Source of the DNA: an uncultured Acidobacteriota bacterium
GTDB lineage: Bacteria; Acidobacteriota; Polarisedimenticolia; J045
Length of the DNA: 54,522 bases
NCBI GenBank assembly: GCA_964582785.1
Contig: CAZOTT010000005.1
Location: 1 to 54,522, forward strand
Direction of reading: 5' to 3'
Shown: one piece after another, positions 16,887 through 27,405 of the stretch
Numbering within the stretch: position 1 is the first letter of the stretch
Layout: the number at the start of each line of letters is the position of its first letter
The notes under the pieces: generated by a model
The model's input: the letters and a program-made list of their open reading frames with translations, nothing else
Database searches by the model: none
Told to the model about the DNA's origin: nothing
Translations under genes and position numbers: made by a program

Positions 16887-19016
16887 ATGTTGCAGGTCTC
16901 CGGCCATCCCGGCTCCTTCGGGGTGGTCCCGCCGGGCACGCCGCCTCCCGCCGGCGTCCGCCGCCTCCACGTCCTCCTGGTCCGGCCCTCCAAGTACGAC
17001 GACGACGGGTACGTCATCCGCTTCGTCCGGGGCGTGCTGCCGTCGAACACCCTGGCGACCCTGCGTGCCCTGACGGAAGAGGTCGCGGCGCGCCGGGAAC
17101 TGGGCGAGGTCGAGGTGGCGGTCCACCTGCTGGACGAGATCGTCGACCGGGTCGACCCGGTGAAGCTCGTCCGGCGTTTCACCCGCCGGCGGGGAGACCG
17201 CCTGGTCGTCGCCCTCGCCGGGGTGCAGTCGAACCAGTTCCCGCGGGCGGCGGACCTGGCGCGGGAATTCCATGCCGCCGGGGCCCCGGTGATGATCGGG
17301 GGGTTCCACGTCTCGGGGGCGATGGCGATGGATCCCCGGGGGGTTCCGCCGGAGATCCGGGAGATGCTCGACCTGGGGGTGACCCTGGTCCGCGGCGAGG
17401 TCGAGGAGCGCTGGGGGGACCTCCTGCGGGACGCGCTCCACGGCCGTCTCCGGTCCCTCTACCGGGTGGATCCCCCGCCGGACCTTTCCCGGGCCAGCGT
17501 CCCGGTGGTCGATCCGCGCCTGATGAAGCGGTTCGCCTACCCGGACATGGGGACGATCGACGCCGGGCGCGGCTGCCCGTTCAACTGCAGCTTCTGCACG
17601 ATCATCAACGTGCAGGGGCGCAGGATGCGCTGGCGGCGGGCGGAGAAGATCATCGAGCGGATCCGCGCCAACCATGCCCTCGGCATCGACTACTACTTCT
17701 TCACCGACGACAACTTCGCCCGCAACCCGGAGTGGGAGCGGATCTTCGACGGGCTGATCCGCCTCCGGGAGGAGGAGAACCTCCCGGTCGAATTCATGAT
17801 GCAGGTGGACACCCGCGCCCACCAGATCCCCGGGTTCACCCGGAAGGCGTCCCGGGCGGGGTGCAGCCAGGTCTTCGTCGGGATGGAGTCCCTCAACGAG
17901 CGGAACCTGGAGGCCGCCGGCAAGCGCCAGAACGACGTCCGCGGTTACCGGGAGATGGTCGAGACCTGGCACGCCCACGACATCGCCGTCCACGTCGGCT
18001 ACATCATCGGTTTCCCGTACGACACCCCGGAAAGCGTCCGCCGGGAAGTGCGGCAGCTCCGGGACGAGGTGGGGGTCGACCAGGCGTCCTTCTTCATGCT
18101 CACCCCGATCCCGGGATCGGCGGACCACCGGGAGATGGTCCTCCGGGGGGAGCCGATCGACGAGGACCTGAACCGGTACGATTCCTTCCAGCCCGCGATG
18201 GAACACCCGCGGATGTCGCGGGAGGAGTGGCTGGGCGCCTACCGGGACGCCTGGCGGGAGTTCTACTCGGTCGAGGGGATGATCCGCATCCTCTCGCGGG
18301 TTCCCGCGCGGGACTACTGGGGGATCTTCAAGAACTTCCTCTGGTACCGCTACGCGGTGGACGTGGAGCGCACCCACCCGATGATCTGTGGTTTCCTCCG
18401 GCTTCGTGACCGGCGCCAGCGGCGGCCGGGGTTCGCGGTCGAGGGCCGGGTGGCCCATGCCCGCCGGCGCGCCCGGGAACTGGCGGCGAACGCCCGGGCG
18501 CTGTTCCGGCTCTACCGGGAGATGCAGGAGGTCTGGCTCGCCACCCGGGGCCGGCCCGCCCTCGAGGAACGGGCGCGGGCCTGGCGCGCCCGCTACGAGG
18601 AGCTGCGCCGCCGGGCGGACGATGCCGTGGTCCGGGCGGGCGGGGCGGGTCGGCGGACCGCCGACAACCTGCGGGCCCGGGCCGAGTCCCTGCGGGCCCG
18701 GGCGGACGAGGCGGTCGCCCGGCTCGCCGGGATGCGCGACCGGGCGATGGCCGGGGTCTCGGCCCGGGTCGGCTCCCTGCGGGACGACGGGGCCCGCCGG
18801 CTCGGCTGGCTCCATCGCCAGGTGGACCGGCTGGTGCACCCGTTCCGGGTTCGCGTCGAGACCCGCCGCGACCTGGATGCCGCCTGGCGAGCGACCTGGG
18901 AAGCCCTGCGCCGCGGCCGGTTCTGGGCCATCCGTCCCGTCCGGCTCCTTGTCACCGCCGCGCGGGACGCCAAGCTGGCGGTCGCCTTTTCCCGGGACGT
19001 GCTGCGGGCCCGCTAG
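16887..19016 (+). CDS. Cobalamin-binding-type radical SAM protein with long C-terminal extension
   Basis: IGGFHVS, RGEVE, RGCPFNCSFC (CxxxCxxC), FTDDNF, GMES, YIIGFPYDT. Confidence 0.85.
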   Translation: MLQVSGHPGSFGVVPPGTPPPAGVRRLHVLLVRPSKYDDDGYVIRFVRGVLPSNTLATLRALTEEVAARRELGEVEVAVHLLDEIVDRVDPVKLVRRFTRRRGDRLVVALAGVQSNQFPRAADLAREFHAAGAPVMIGGFHVSGAMAMDPRGVPPEIREMLDLGVTLVRGEVEERWGDLLRDALHGRLRSLYRVDPPPDLSRASVPVVDPRLMKRFAYPDMGTIDAGRGCPFNCSFCTIINVQGRRMRWRRAEKIIERIRANHALGIDYYFFTDDNFARNPEWERIFDGLIRLREEENLPVEFMMQVDTRAHQIPGFTRKASRAGCSQVFVGMESLNERNLEAAGKRQNDVRGYREMVETWHAHDIAVHVGYIIGFPYDTPESVRREVRQLRDEVGVDQASFFMLTPIPGSADHREMVLRGEPIDEDLNRYDSFQPAMEHPRMSREEWLGAYRDAWREFYSVEGMIRILSRVPARDYWGIFKNFLWYRYAVDVERTHPMICGFLRLRDRRQRRPGFAVEGRVAHARRRARELAANARALFRLYREMQEVWLATRGRPALEERARAWRARYEELRRRADDAVVRAGGAGRRTADNLRARAESLRARADEAVARLAGMRDRAMAGVSARVGSLRDDGARRLGWLHRQVDRLVHPFRVRVETRRDLDAAWRATWEALRRGRFWAIRPVRLLVTAARDAKLAVAFSRDVLRAR

Positions 19017-19076
19017 GGCGCCCGGAACGCGGACCCCCGGCGGGGGGGAATCCGTGTCGCGGTTCCCATGGGGGGA

Positions 19077-19152
19077 TGGTGCGCAGGGGCGGAATCGAAC
19101 CACCGACACCGTGATTTTCAGTCACGTGCTCTACCAACTGAGCTACCTGGGC
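19077..19152 (-). tRNA. tRNA-Phe(GAA) with encoded CCA
   Basis: Reverse complement is gcccaggtagctcagttggtagagcacgtgactgaaaatcacggtgtcggtggttcgattccgcccctgcgcacca; cloverleaf with GAA anticodon. Confidence 0.97.
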
Positions 19153-19169
19153 ACGCCGTGGATGCGAGG

Positions 19170-19198
19170 AATGTAGAGAACGCCGGCGTCGCCGTCAA
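19170..19198 (-). promoter_or_regulatory. Sigma70 promoter of tRNA-Phe
   Basis: TTGACG-N17-TACATT on the minus strand. Confidence 0.75.
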
Positions 19199-19202
19199 GT
19201 CG

Positions 19203-20366
19203 TCACCGGCGTCCCCGGGAGGCGGCGCCGGGGATCTCGACGCCGAGGGCCAGGTAACCGACGAAGTGGTGGAAGTTCGAGGGCGCGGTGAGGCCGAGCC
19301 CCTCCTCCCGGACCTCCCGGGGGACCCGCGGTTCCGCCTCGGTGAGGCTCGTTCCGTAGCGCAGGACCCGGCCGGCGGGGACCGGCAGCCCGAGCCGGGC
19401 GGCCGTCTTCCGCACCAGCTCGAGGCCGAACGGGACGGAGAACCGGCCGCACCAGGGAACCCGGTAGCGGTGGACGTCGGCGGGGTCGACCAGCCGCTCG
19501 AACAGGCCCCGCAGGCGGTCCGCGGACAGGGGCCCGGTGAGATGGTCCCGGGCGAGCTCCAGGTCGCGGGCCACGGCCCGCTCGTGGGCCGCCGCGTCGG
19601 TTCCGAAGGGGGCGTGGTCGAAGTCCGGACCGTAGTGGATCGCGTCCGACGAGATGACGATCGCGACGTCCCGCCCGAGGGTCCACCCGTGGCGGCGGAT
19701 CGCCCCGGCGAGGGCCGCCGAGAGGTCGTCCGCCAGCCCTTCCAGCCGGTCCCACGTGACGTACGGGACGAGCACCGGGACGATCGTCACCTCGGGGCCC
19801 CGGTACCACTGGAGGAACGGTACGATCGCCTCGAGGGAATGTTCCCGGTCGTGCATCCCGTCGTCCACGACGACATCGTCCCGCGGGAGCGCGGCGAGGA
19901 GTTCGTCCCGGAGCGGGTCGACGCGCACCGGGCCCAGGGGGGCGTGCCAGGCCGCGTAGCGGTCGAAGACCAGCCGGCCGGACAGGTTCCACAGCCGCGC
20001 CGCGTGAAAGACGCCCACCAGCAGCAGGCGGGGCGCCCGGAGGCCGGCGATCGCGTGCAGGTAGACGTGCCCCGCGTACAGGTGGTCGTCGTGGGGACAG
20101 ACCGCGGCGACGAAGGGACCGTCGGCGGGGAGCGTGTCCCGCCCGTACTCCTCGCGCACCAGGGCGGGGAAGAGGGCCTCGGCCTGGCGCCGGGACCGCA
20201 CGAAACCGGTCCCGTCCCGCAGCCCGCGAACCAGGTCTCCCTCGGAAGGGATCGCCATCCCCTCCAGGATTTCCCGGCGGGAGGGGGGCGCCTGGCCGGC
20301 GGCGCAGGCGGGATGGCAGGCGGCCAGGGCGGTGGCCAGGAGCACCGGGGTCGCGTGGCGGAACAT
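19203..20366 (-). CDS. MEMO1-family (AmmeMemoRadiSam protein B-like) protein with export signal
   Basis: PHDDHLYAG, GVFH, EHSLE, ISSDAIHYG, WCG, VGY; GGAGG RBS before MFRHATPVLLATALAA-C. Confidence 0.8.
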   Translation of the reverse strand: MFRHATPVLLATALAACHPACAAGQAPPSRREILEGMAIPSEGDLVRGLRDGTGFVRSRRQAEALFPALVREEYGRDTLPADGPFVAAVCPHDDHLYAGHVYLHAIAGLRAPRLLLVGVFHAARLWNLSGRLVFDRYAAWHAPLGPVRVDPLRDELLAALPRDDVVVDDGMHDREHSLEAIVPFLQWYRGPEVTIVPVLVPYVTWDRLEGLADDLSAALAGAIRRHGWTLGRDVAIVISSDAIHYGPDFDHAPFGTDAAAHERAVARDLELARDHLTGPLSADRLRGLFERLVDPADVHRYRVPWCGRFSVPFGLELVRKTAARLGLPVPAGRVLRYGTSLTEAEPRVPREVREEGLGLTAPSNFHHFVGYLALGVEIPGAASRGRR

Positions 20367-20371
20367 GGGGA

Positions 20372-22129
20372 TCACCTCCCGCCCGCGGGGGAACGCCCCG
20401 CGAAGCGCAGCACCAGGAACAGCAGCGCGGCCCCGCCCAGGAGACCGAGCCAGGGGGAAACGCCGAACCCGACGGCCAGGTCGCCGACCGGGAGGGAGAC
20501 GGCGGCCACCAGGAGGGCGTAGGGCATCTGGGTCCGGACGTGGTCCACGTGATCGCAGGCGGCCGCCATCGACGACATCACGGTCGTGTCCGAGAGGGGC
20601 GAGCAGTGGTCGCCAAAGACCGCACCGGTCAGCACGGACCCGGTGGTGGCGACCAGGAGCCGGGCGGCGGCCGGCTCGGCCCAGCCCCCGAGGGTCGCCA
20701 GGCGATCGGCGAGGGGGAGGGCCACCGGCACCAGGACGGCCATCGTGGACCAGGAGGACCCCGTGGCGAAGGAAATCCCGGCGGAGAGGAGGAAGACCGT
20801 GGCGGGGACCAGGCGGGCGGGGAGCCATCCCCCGACCAGGCCGACCGCCGCCCGGGCGGTCCCCAGGTCGGCACAGACCCCGCCGATCATCCAGGCGAGC
20901 ACCAGGATGACCACCGCGAGCAGCATCGACCGCATCCCCTCCAGGAACGCCTCCACGGTTTCCGCCAGGTTCAGCCTTCCCAGGGCGAGGGCCCCGGCCG
21001 CGGCCAGCGCGGCGCCGGCGGCGGAGCCGTAGAGCAGAGCGTCGTAGCAGGATGCCGCCCCGAGGACGGCACCCAGGTGACGGGCCGAGCGGATCACCCG
21101 GAGCAGGGGCAGGGTCCCCGCCGGGTCACCCGCGGCGGCGAGGGACGCCCGCCCCGCGAGCCAGAGGGCGGCGAAGGTGACCCCCACCACCGCGAGGATC
21201 GGCAGGCCGGCCAGCAGGAGCGCCGGCCCCGGTCCCGCCGGGGAGGTCTCCCGGAGCCGGTCGGTCCGGGCGAGGGGAACGGAGCCGGGCCGGAGGACCG
21301 CGCCGCGGGCGGCGCGGCGTTCCGCCGCCGCCATCGGGCCCAGGTCCCGCCCGAGGAACCCGACGAGACCGACGAACGCCAGCATCAGCCACGCGTAGAA
21401 CCGGTAGGGAAGGGAGGCGAGGAAGACGCCGTAGGGGTCGTGCCCGGCGAGGCGGGTGCCCGGCAGGGCCTGGCCGATCAGCCCGACCTCGTACCCGATC
21501 CAGGTGGACACGACGGCCAGGGAGGCCACGGGCGCCGCCGTGGCGTCGACGATGAAGGCCAGCTTTTCCCGGCTGACGCCGAGCCGGTCGGTGAGGGGAC
21601 GGAGGGAGGGCCCGACCACCAGCGTGTTCGCGTAGTCGTCGAAGAACACGGCGAGCCCCGCGAGGAAGGCGGCCAGCTGTCCGCGCTGCCGGGTCCGGGC
21701 CCGGCGGGCGACGAGGGAGACCAGGCCGGCGGCCCCGCCGGAACGGGAGGCGAGGCCCACCATCCCCCCGAGAAGGAGGGTGAAGAGAACGATCTTCAGG
21801 TGGCCGTGGTCGGGGCTGCCCGGTTCGGCCAGGGCGCGGACCAGGTCGTGATCGACCAGGCGCGCCAGGGCGAGGCCGGGATGGAAGCCCTCCCGCACCA
21901 GGGTACCCGCCAGGACCCCGAGGAGCAGGGCGGGGACCACCTGTCGCAGCAGGAGGGCCAGCCCGATGGCCAGCAGGGGGGGGAGGAAGGACAGGAGCCC
22001 TCCTCCCGGAACCGGGAACTTCGCCGGCCCCGGGGCCGCCGCCAGGGCGACCACCGCCGCCGCGAGGACGGGAAGAAGCAGCGGGGGGACCGCCCGCAAC
22101 GGTCCCCCCGGCCGGAAAGAACGGGCCAA
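20372..22129 (-). CDS. NhaC-family Na+/H+ antiporter-like transporter (start uncertain)
   Basis: FFDDYAN, SREKLAFIVDATAAP, SFATGSSW, GAVFGDHCSPLSDTT, HVRTQMPYA. Confidence 0.88.
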   Translation of the reverse strand: MARSFRPGGPLRAVPPLLLPVLAAAVVALAAAPGPAKFPVPGGGLLSFLPPLLAIGLALLLRQVVPALLLGVLAGTLVREGFHPGLALARLVDHDLVRALAEPGSPDHGHLKIVLFTLLLGGMVGLASRSGGAAGLVSLVARRARTRQRGQLAAFLAGLAVFFDDYANTLVVGPSLRPLTDRLGVSREKLAFIVDATAAPVASLAVVSTWIGYEVGLIGQALPGTRLAGHDPYGVFLASLPYRFYAWLMLAFVGLVGFLGRDLGPMAAAERRAARGAVLRPGSVPLARTDRLRETSPAGPGPALLLAGLPILAVVGVTFAALWLAGRASLAAAGDPAGTLPLLRVIRSARHLGAVLGAASCYDALLYGSAAGAALAAAGALALGRLNLAETVEAFLEGMRSMLLAVVILVLAWMIGGVCADLGTARAAVGLVGGWLPARLVPATVFLLSAGISFATGSSWSTMAVLVPVALPLADRLATLGGWAEPAAARLLVATTGSVLTGAVFGDHCSPLSDTTVMSSMAAACDHVDHVRTQMPYALLVAAVSLPVGDLAVGFGVSPWLGLLGGAALLFLVLRFAGRSPAGGR

Positions 22130-22141
22130 CGGCGGCCCCCG

Positions 22142-23290
<1,149 letters not shown>

Positions 23291-23427
23291 CGCTGGGGAT
23301 CCTCCTCGCCGGGCACGGGTGGCGCGGCCACCGCCGGGTGGCCGGGCGGCCGTTCCGGGCGTCGCCGGGAAGTGCCGGAGACCCGCGCCGGGGACGGCGA
23401 AAACCGGCGCCGGCCGGGACGGGAAAC

Positions 23428-23456
23428 AGGGTACGGGGCGGGGCGGGGGAGGTCAA
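23428..23456 (-). promoter_or_regulatory. Sigma70-type promoter of recA
   Basis: TTGACC-N17-TACCCT on the minus strand. Confidence 0.55.
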
Positions 23457-23485
23457 CGGCGGAACCCGCCGGCCGCCCGGGAACG

Positions 23486-23515
23486 TTGACGATCCGGGAG
23501 GACCTCGCCTATATT
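23486..23515 (+). promoter_or_regulatory. Sigma70-type promoter of the mltD-like gene (back-to-back with the recA promoter)
   Basis: TTGACG-N18-TATATT. Confidence 0.6.
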
Positions 23516-23587
23516 GCGCCCCGCCCAGCCCGGGCGGGAGGACCCGCGGCCGGGCAGAGGAGCCAGCCCGCTCCGGGAGCGTTTTCC

Positions 23588-25645
23588 TTGAGGTCGCCAC
23601 CACCCCCCGGGACCCGGTCCCGGTTCCCGGTTCTGCCGACGCTGCTGGTCCTGTCGGTTCTCCTCGCCGGCGGATGCGCGGGCCTCTCGCGCGTTGCGCC
23701 CGGGGGGGCCCCGGCCTCCCCGGGGCAGGGGACGTCCTCCCCCGCCGGACCCGCCGGCCCGGTCTCTCCGCTCCCGGCCGGGGAACGGGAGCGGATCGTC
23801 GCCCGGTCGATCGAGCTGGTCCTGCTGGCGCGGGAACAGGCCCGCCTCGGCCTCGTGGAGGAGGCGGAACGGACCTGGAAACGGGCCTTCGACCTGGTAG
23901 CGCCCCTGGCGACCCGGGACGAGGAGATGAGCCGCCGGCTGCGGGCGCTGCGCATCGAGCGGGACCGGTCCCTCGCCGAGGCCGAAACGCTGGCGGAACT
24001 CGGGAGCGGGGCGGGAGTCTCGGAGGAGAGCCAGCAGATCCTGGCGGGCCCCGAGCCGAGCCTGGACACGGGCCGGGTCGAGGAGGTGGGCGAGGCCGCC
24101 GCAAGCGTCGAGGCCGACTACCCGGTCGTTCGCAACCGGCAGGTCCTCGCCTGGATCGAGCAGTACCAGGGGCCGTGGCGGGCCTTTCTCGCGGGAAGCC
24201 TGCAGCGATCGGGCCGGTGGATCGCGCGCTTCCGGGAGATCTTCGCCGAGGAGGGGGTTCCCCGGGACCTGGTGTACATGGCCCACGTGGAGAGCGGTTT
24301 CAAGACGTCGGCCTACTCCCGGGCCCGGGCCCGGGGCATCTTCCAGTTCATCGCGTCCACCGCCCGGCGTTACGGCCTGGTTGTGGACTGGTGGGTGGAC
24401 GAGCGGGCGGACCCGGAGAAGTCCTGCCGGGCCGCGGCCGCCTACCTCCGGGACCTCTACGACGAGTTCGGGGACTGGTACCTGGCCCTGGCCGCCTACA
24501 ACGCCGGCGAGGGGCGGGTCCGGCGGGCGATCGCCCGGGCCCGGAGCCGGGACTTCTGGGTGCTGTCCCGCCGGCGTTTCCTGCGGCGGGAAACCCGGAA
24601 CTACGTCCCGGCGATCCTCGCCGCCACCCTGATCTCCAAGAACCCGGCCTCGTTCGGGTTCGGGGACGTGGTGCCCGATCCCCCGGAGCGCTACGAGCTG
24701 GTCACCGTGCCGACCCCCACCGACCTCGAGATCCTCGCCCGGTGCGCGGGGACCGACGTGGCGACCCTCCGGCGCCTGAACCCGGCGATCCGGCGCCACC
24801 AGACCCCGCCCCGCTGGCCCGACTTTCCGCTCAAGGTTCCCCCCGGGCACGCCCGCGGGTTCGCCGAGGCGCTGGCGAAGATCCCGCCGGAGAAGCGGAT
24901 CGTCCGGATCGAGTACCGGGTTCGCCGGGGAGACACCCTGTCCCGGATCGCCCGCCACCACGGCACGACGGTCCGGGCGATCCAGCAGGCGAACGGGATG
25001 GGCCGCCGGACCCTGCTGCACCCGGGCCAGGTGCTGGTCATCCCGCGGGGCCCGGCCCCGCCCCCGTCCCGTCGCCGGGCCCGGCCGGGCCGGGACGGGA
25101 CCACGGTGGTCCGCCGGGGAGACACCCTGTCGCGGATCGCCCGCCGGTTCGGGGTGACGGTGCGGGACCTCCAGCGCTGGAACGGCCTGGGCGGGTCCAC
25201 CCGGATCGTCGCCGGCGAGCGGTTGCGGGTGCGGCCCCCGGCGCGGGGCGCCGGGCGGAGGGCGGCGGCCCGGCACCGGGCCCGACCTTCCCGGGCCGGG
25301 CGGGTCCACGTGGTCCGGCGGGGAGACACCCTCTGGTCCATCGCCCGGCGCTACGGGGTGACCCTCGCCGACCTGCGGGAGACGAACGGTTTCCGGCGCC
25401 GCAACCCCCTGCTGCGGCCGGGACAGCGGATCCGGGTTCCTGCCGTTCCCCGGGCGGCGTCCCGGCGCCCGCGGTCCCGGGGACGGGAGGGAACGGGCGG
25501 ACGGGTCCACGTCGTCCGCCGGGGGGAGACCCTTTCCCGGATCGCCCGCCGGTACGGTCTTTCCGTGCGCCAGCTCTGCCGTCTCAACGGGATCGAGCCG
25601 GGAACGGTGATCCATCCCGGCGACCGCCTGGTCGTCGCCCGCTGA
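23588..25645 (+). CDS. mltD: MltD-like membrane-bound lytic transglycosylase with four canonical LysM domains (TTG start inferred)
   Basis: Lipobox LAGG-C; VESGF..ARGIFQF, ALAAYNAGEG, ETRNYVP; four VRRG(D/E)TL..IAR repeats. Confidence 0.88.
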   Translation: MRSPPPPGTRSRFPVLPTLLVLSVLLAGGCAGLSRVAPGGAPASPGQGTSSPAGPAGPVSPLPAGERERIVARSIELVLLAREQARLGLVEEAERTWKRAFDLVAPLATRDEEMSRRLRALRIERDRSLAEAETLAELGSGAGVSEESQQILAGPEPSLDTGRVEEVGEAAASVEADYPVVRNRQVLAWIEQYQGPWRAFLAGSLQRSGRWIARFREIFAEEGVPRDLVYMAHVESGFKTSAYSRARARGIFQFIASTARRYGLVVDWWVDERADPEKSCRAAAAYLRDLYDEFGDWYLALAAYNAGEGRVRRAIARARSRDFWVLSRRRFLRRETRNYVPAILAATLISKNPASFGFGDVVPDPPERYELVTVPTPTDLEILARCAGTDVATLRRLNPAIRRHQTPPRWPDFPLKVPPGHARGFAEALAKIPPEKRIVRIEYRVRRGDTLSRIARHHGTTVRAIQQANGMGRRTLLHPGQVLVIPRGPAPPPSRRRARPGRDGTTVVRRGDTLSRIARRFGVTVRDLQRWNGLGGSTRIVAGERLRVRPPARGAGRRAAARHRARPSRAGRVHVVRRGDTLWSIARRYGVTLADLRETNGFRRRNPLLRPGQRIRVPAVPRAASRRPRSRGREGTGGRVHVVRRGETLSRIARRYGLSVRQLCRLNGIEPGTVIHPGDRLVVAR

Positions 25646-25742
25646 CCCGCCCCGGCGCCGGTGTCCCGCCCCGGGGAGGCGGTGACCCGGCGGGCCTCCC
25701 GCCTTTCTCCTCTCCGGCTACCGTCTCCCGGGGAGGTGACCG

Positions 25743-27305
25743 ATGAGGCGGGTCGTGGTCGCGAAGGCCCACGGGGCGGCCCTGCTCGGCGTGCGGGGGA
25801 TCCTGGTCGAGGTGGAGGCCGCCCGGGTGGGCGGACTGCCCCGGACCGCGATCCTCGGGCAGGCGGCCAGCGAGGTGCGCGAGGGGCGGGAGCGCCTGGG
25901 GGTGGCCCTGCGGGCGGCGGGGCTGTGGACCGGCGAGGAGGCGATCTACCCGGTCATCCTGAACCTGGCCCCCGCGGGGCTGCGGAAGGCGGGCACCGGG
26001 CTCGACCTTCCCATGTGCCTGGCGGTGGCCGCCCTGACCGACCGGGTGCTCGCCGGGGCCCTTCCCGGGGTCGTCGCCTCCGCGGAGGTCGGCCTCGACG
26101 GGAGGCTCCGGCCCGCCCCCGGGACCGTCGCGGCGGCCGCCGCGGCCCGGGAAGCGGGGCTGCGGGGGATCCTCGTCCCCCCGGAAACCGCGCGGGAAGC
26201 CGGCGCGGTGGGCGGGGGGCTCGAGGTGCTGCCGGTGGATCACCTCCGGGCGGCGGTGGCGGTCCTGCGGGGCCGGCGGGAGGCCCTCGCCCCCCTGCCG
26301 CCCGCCCCCCCGCCGGCTCCCGGGCCGGGTCTCGACCTGGCCGACGTGCGGGGACAGCCCCTTGCCCGGCGGGCCCTCGAGGTGGCGGCGGCCGGGGGCC
26401 ACAACCTGCTCCTGGTCGGCCCCCCGGGTTCCGGCAAGACGATGCTGGCCCGCCGCCTTCCCTCCATCCTGCCGCCCCTGTCCCGGGAAGAAGCCCTCGA
26501 GGTGACCCGGATCCACTCCGCCGCCGGCCTGGTGCCGCCGGGGACGGCCCTCCTGGAGCGGCGCCCGTTCCGGGCTCCCCACCATGGGGCTTCCCGCGCC
26601 GGGCTGGTGGGAGGCGGGGTCCCGCCCCGTCCCGGCGAGGTCACCCTGGCCACCCACGGCGTCCTGTTCCTCGACGAGCTGCCGGAGTTCCCCCGGGCCC
26701 TCCTGGAAGCCCTCCGGCAGCCCCTGGAGGACGGGGAGGTGACCGTTGTCCGGGCCGCGGGCCGGGTCACGTTCCCCGCACGCTTCATGCTGGTGGCCGC
26801 GATGAACCCCTGTCCCTGCGGCTGGCTCGGGAGCGGTGTCCGGGCCTGCCGGTGCTCCCCCCGCCTCCGGGAGCGGTACCGGGGCCGCGTCTCGGGCCCG
26901 CTCCTGGACCGGCTGGACCTCCACGTGGAGGTCCCCCCCGTCCGCCCGGAGGAGCTCGAAACCCGGGCTCCCGGCGAGCCGTCCGCCCCGGTCCGCGAAC
27001 GGGTGCTGGCGGCGCGCCGCCGGCAGCTCGCCCGCAACCGCCGGGTCGGGGCCGGGACGAACGCCACCCTCGGCCCGGGGGCCCTGCGCCGCGTGGCCGC
27101 TCCCGGGGCCGGGGCCGCCCGGCTGCTGCGCGAGGCCCTCGGCCGTCTCGGGCTTTCCGCCCGGTCCCGGGACCGGGTGCTCCGGGTGGCGCGGACCCTG
27201 GCCGATCTCGAGGGCAGCGAGCGTGTCGAGGCCCGCCACGTGGCGGAGGCGGTCCGCTACCGGGTCCTCGACCGGGCCCTCGGACCGGACGGGAGAGAAC
27301 GATGA
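25743..27305 (+). CDS. comM: ComM/YifB Mg-chelatase-like AAA+ ATPase
   Basis: NLAPAGLRK, GPPGSGKTMLARR, PFRAPHH, LFLDELPEF, AAMNPCPCG, SGPLLDRLD. Confidence 0.92.
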   Translation: MRRVVVAKAHGAALLGVRGILVEVEAARVGGLPRTAILGQAASEVREGRERLGVALRAAGLWTGEEAIYPVILNLAPAGLRKAGTGLDLPMCLAVAALTDRVLAGALPGVVASAEVGLDGRLRPAPGTVAAAAAAREAGLRGILVPPETAREAGAVGGGLEVLPVDHLRAAVAVLRGRREALAPLPPAPPPAPGPGLDLADVRGQPLARRALEVAAAGGHNLLLVGPPGSGKTMLARRLPSILPPLSREEALEVTRIHSAAGLVPPGTALLERRPFRAPHHGASRAGLVGGGVPPRPGEVTLATHGVLFLDELPEFPRALLEALRQPLEDGEVTVVRAAGRVTFPARFMLVAAMNPCPCGWLGSGVRACRCSPRLRERYRGRVSGPLLDRLDLHVEVPPVRPEELETRAPGEPSAPVRERVLAARRRQLARNRRVGAGTNATLGPGALRRVAAPGAGAARLLREALGRLGLSARSRDRVLRVARTLADLEGSERVEARHVAEAVRYRVLDRALGPDGRER

Positions 27306-27405
27306 CGGGCGGGGGCGAAGCGGGATCCTTGCGGGGGTGCCGGGGTGGTCCTACGCTCTGGACACCGTGGCCGGATCGGTCCACCGGCCCGGGGAGCGAG
27401 GCAAG

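Noticed and set aside
19017-19076. Integrated element at the tRNA-Phe 3' end
   Set aside because: No integrase and no duplicated tRNA 3' end seen in the window
16887-20366. Radical SAM + MEMO1 as an AmmeMemoRadiSam system
   Set aside because: The radical SAM is B12-type rather than AmrS-like, the genes are convergent and separated by a tRNA, and there is no AMMECR1 gene
23291-23587. LexA box upstream of recA
   Set aside because: No GTTC-N7-GTTC, CTGT-N8-ACAG or GAAC-N4-GTTC match found by eye; the two GAAC are 15 nt apart
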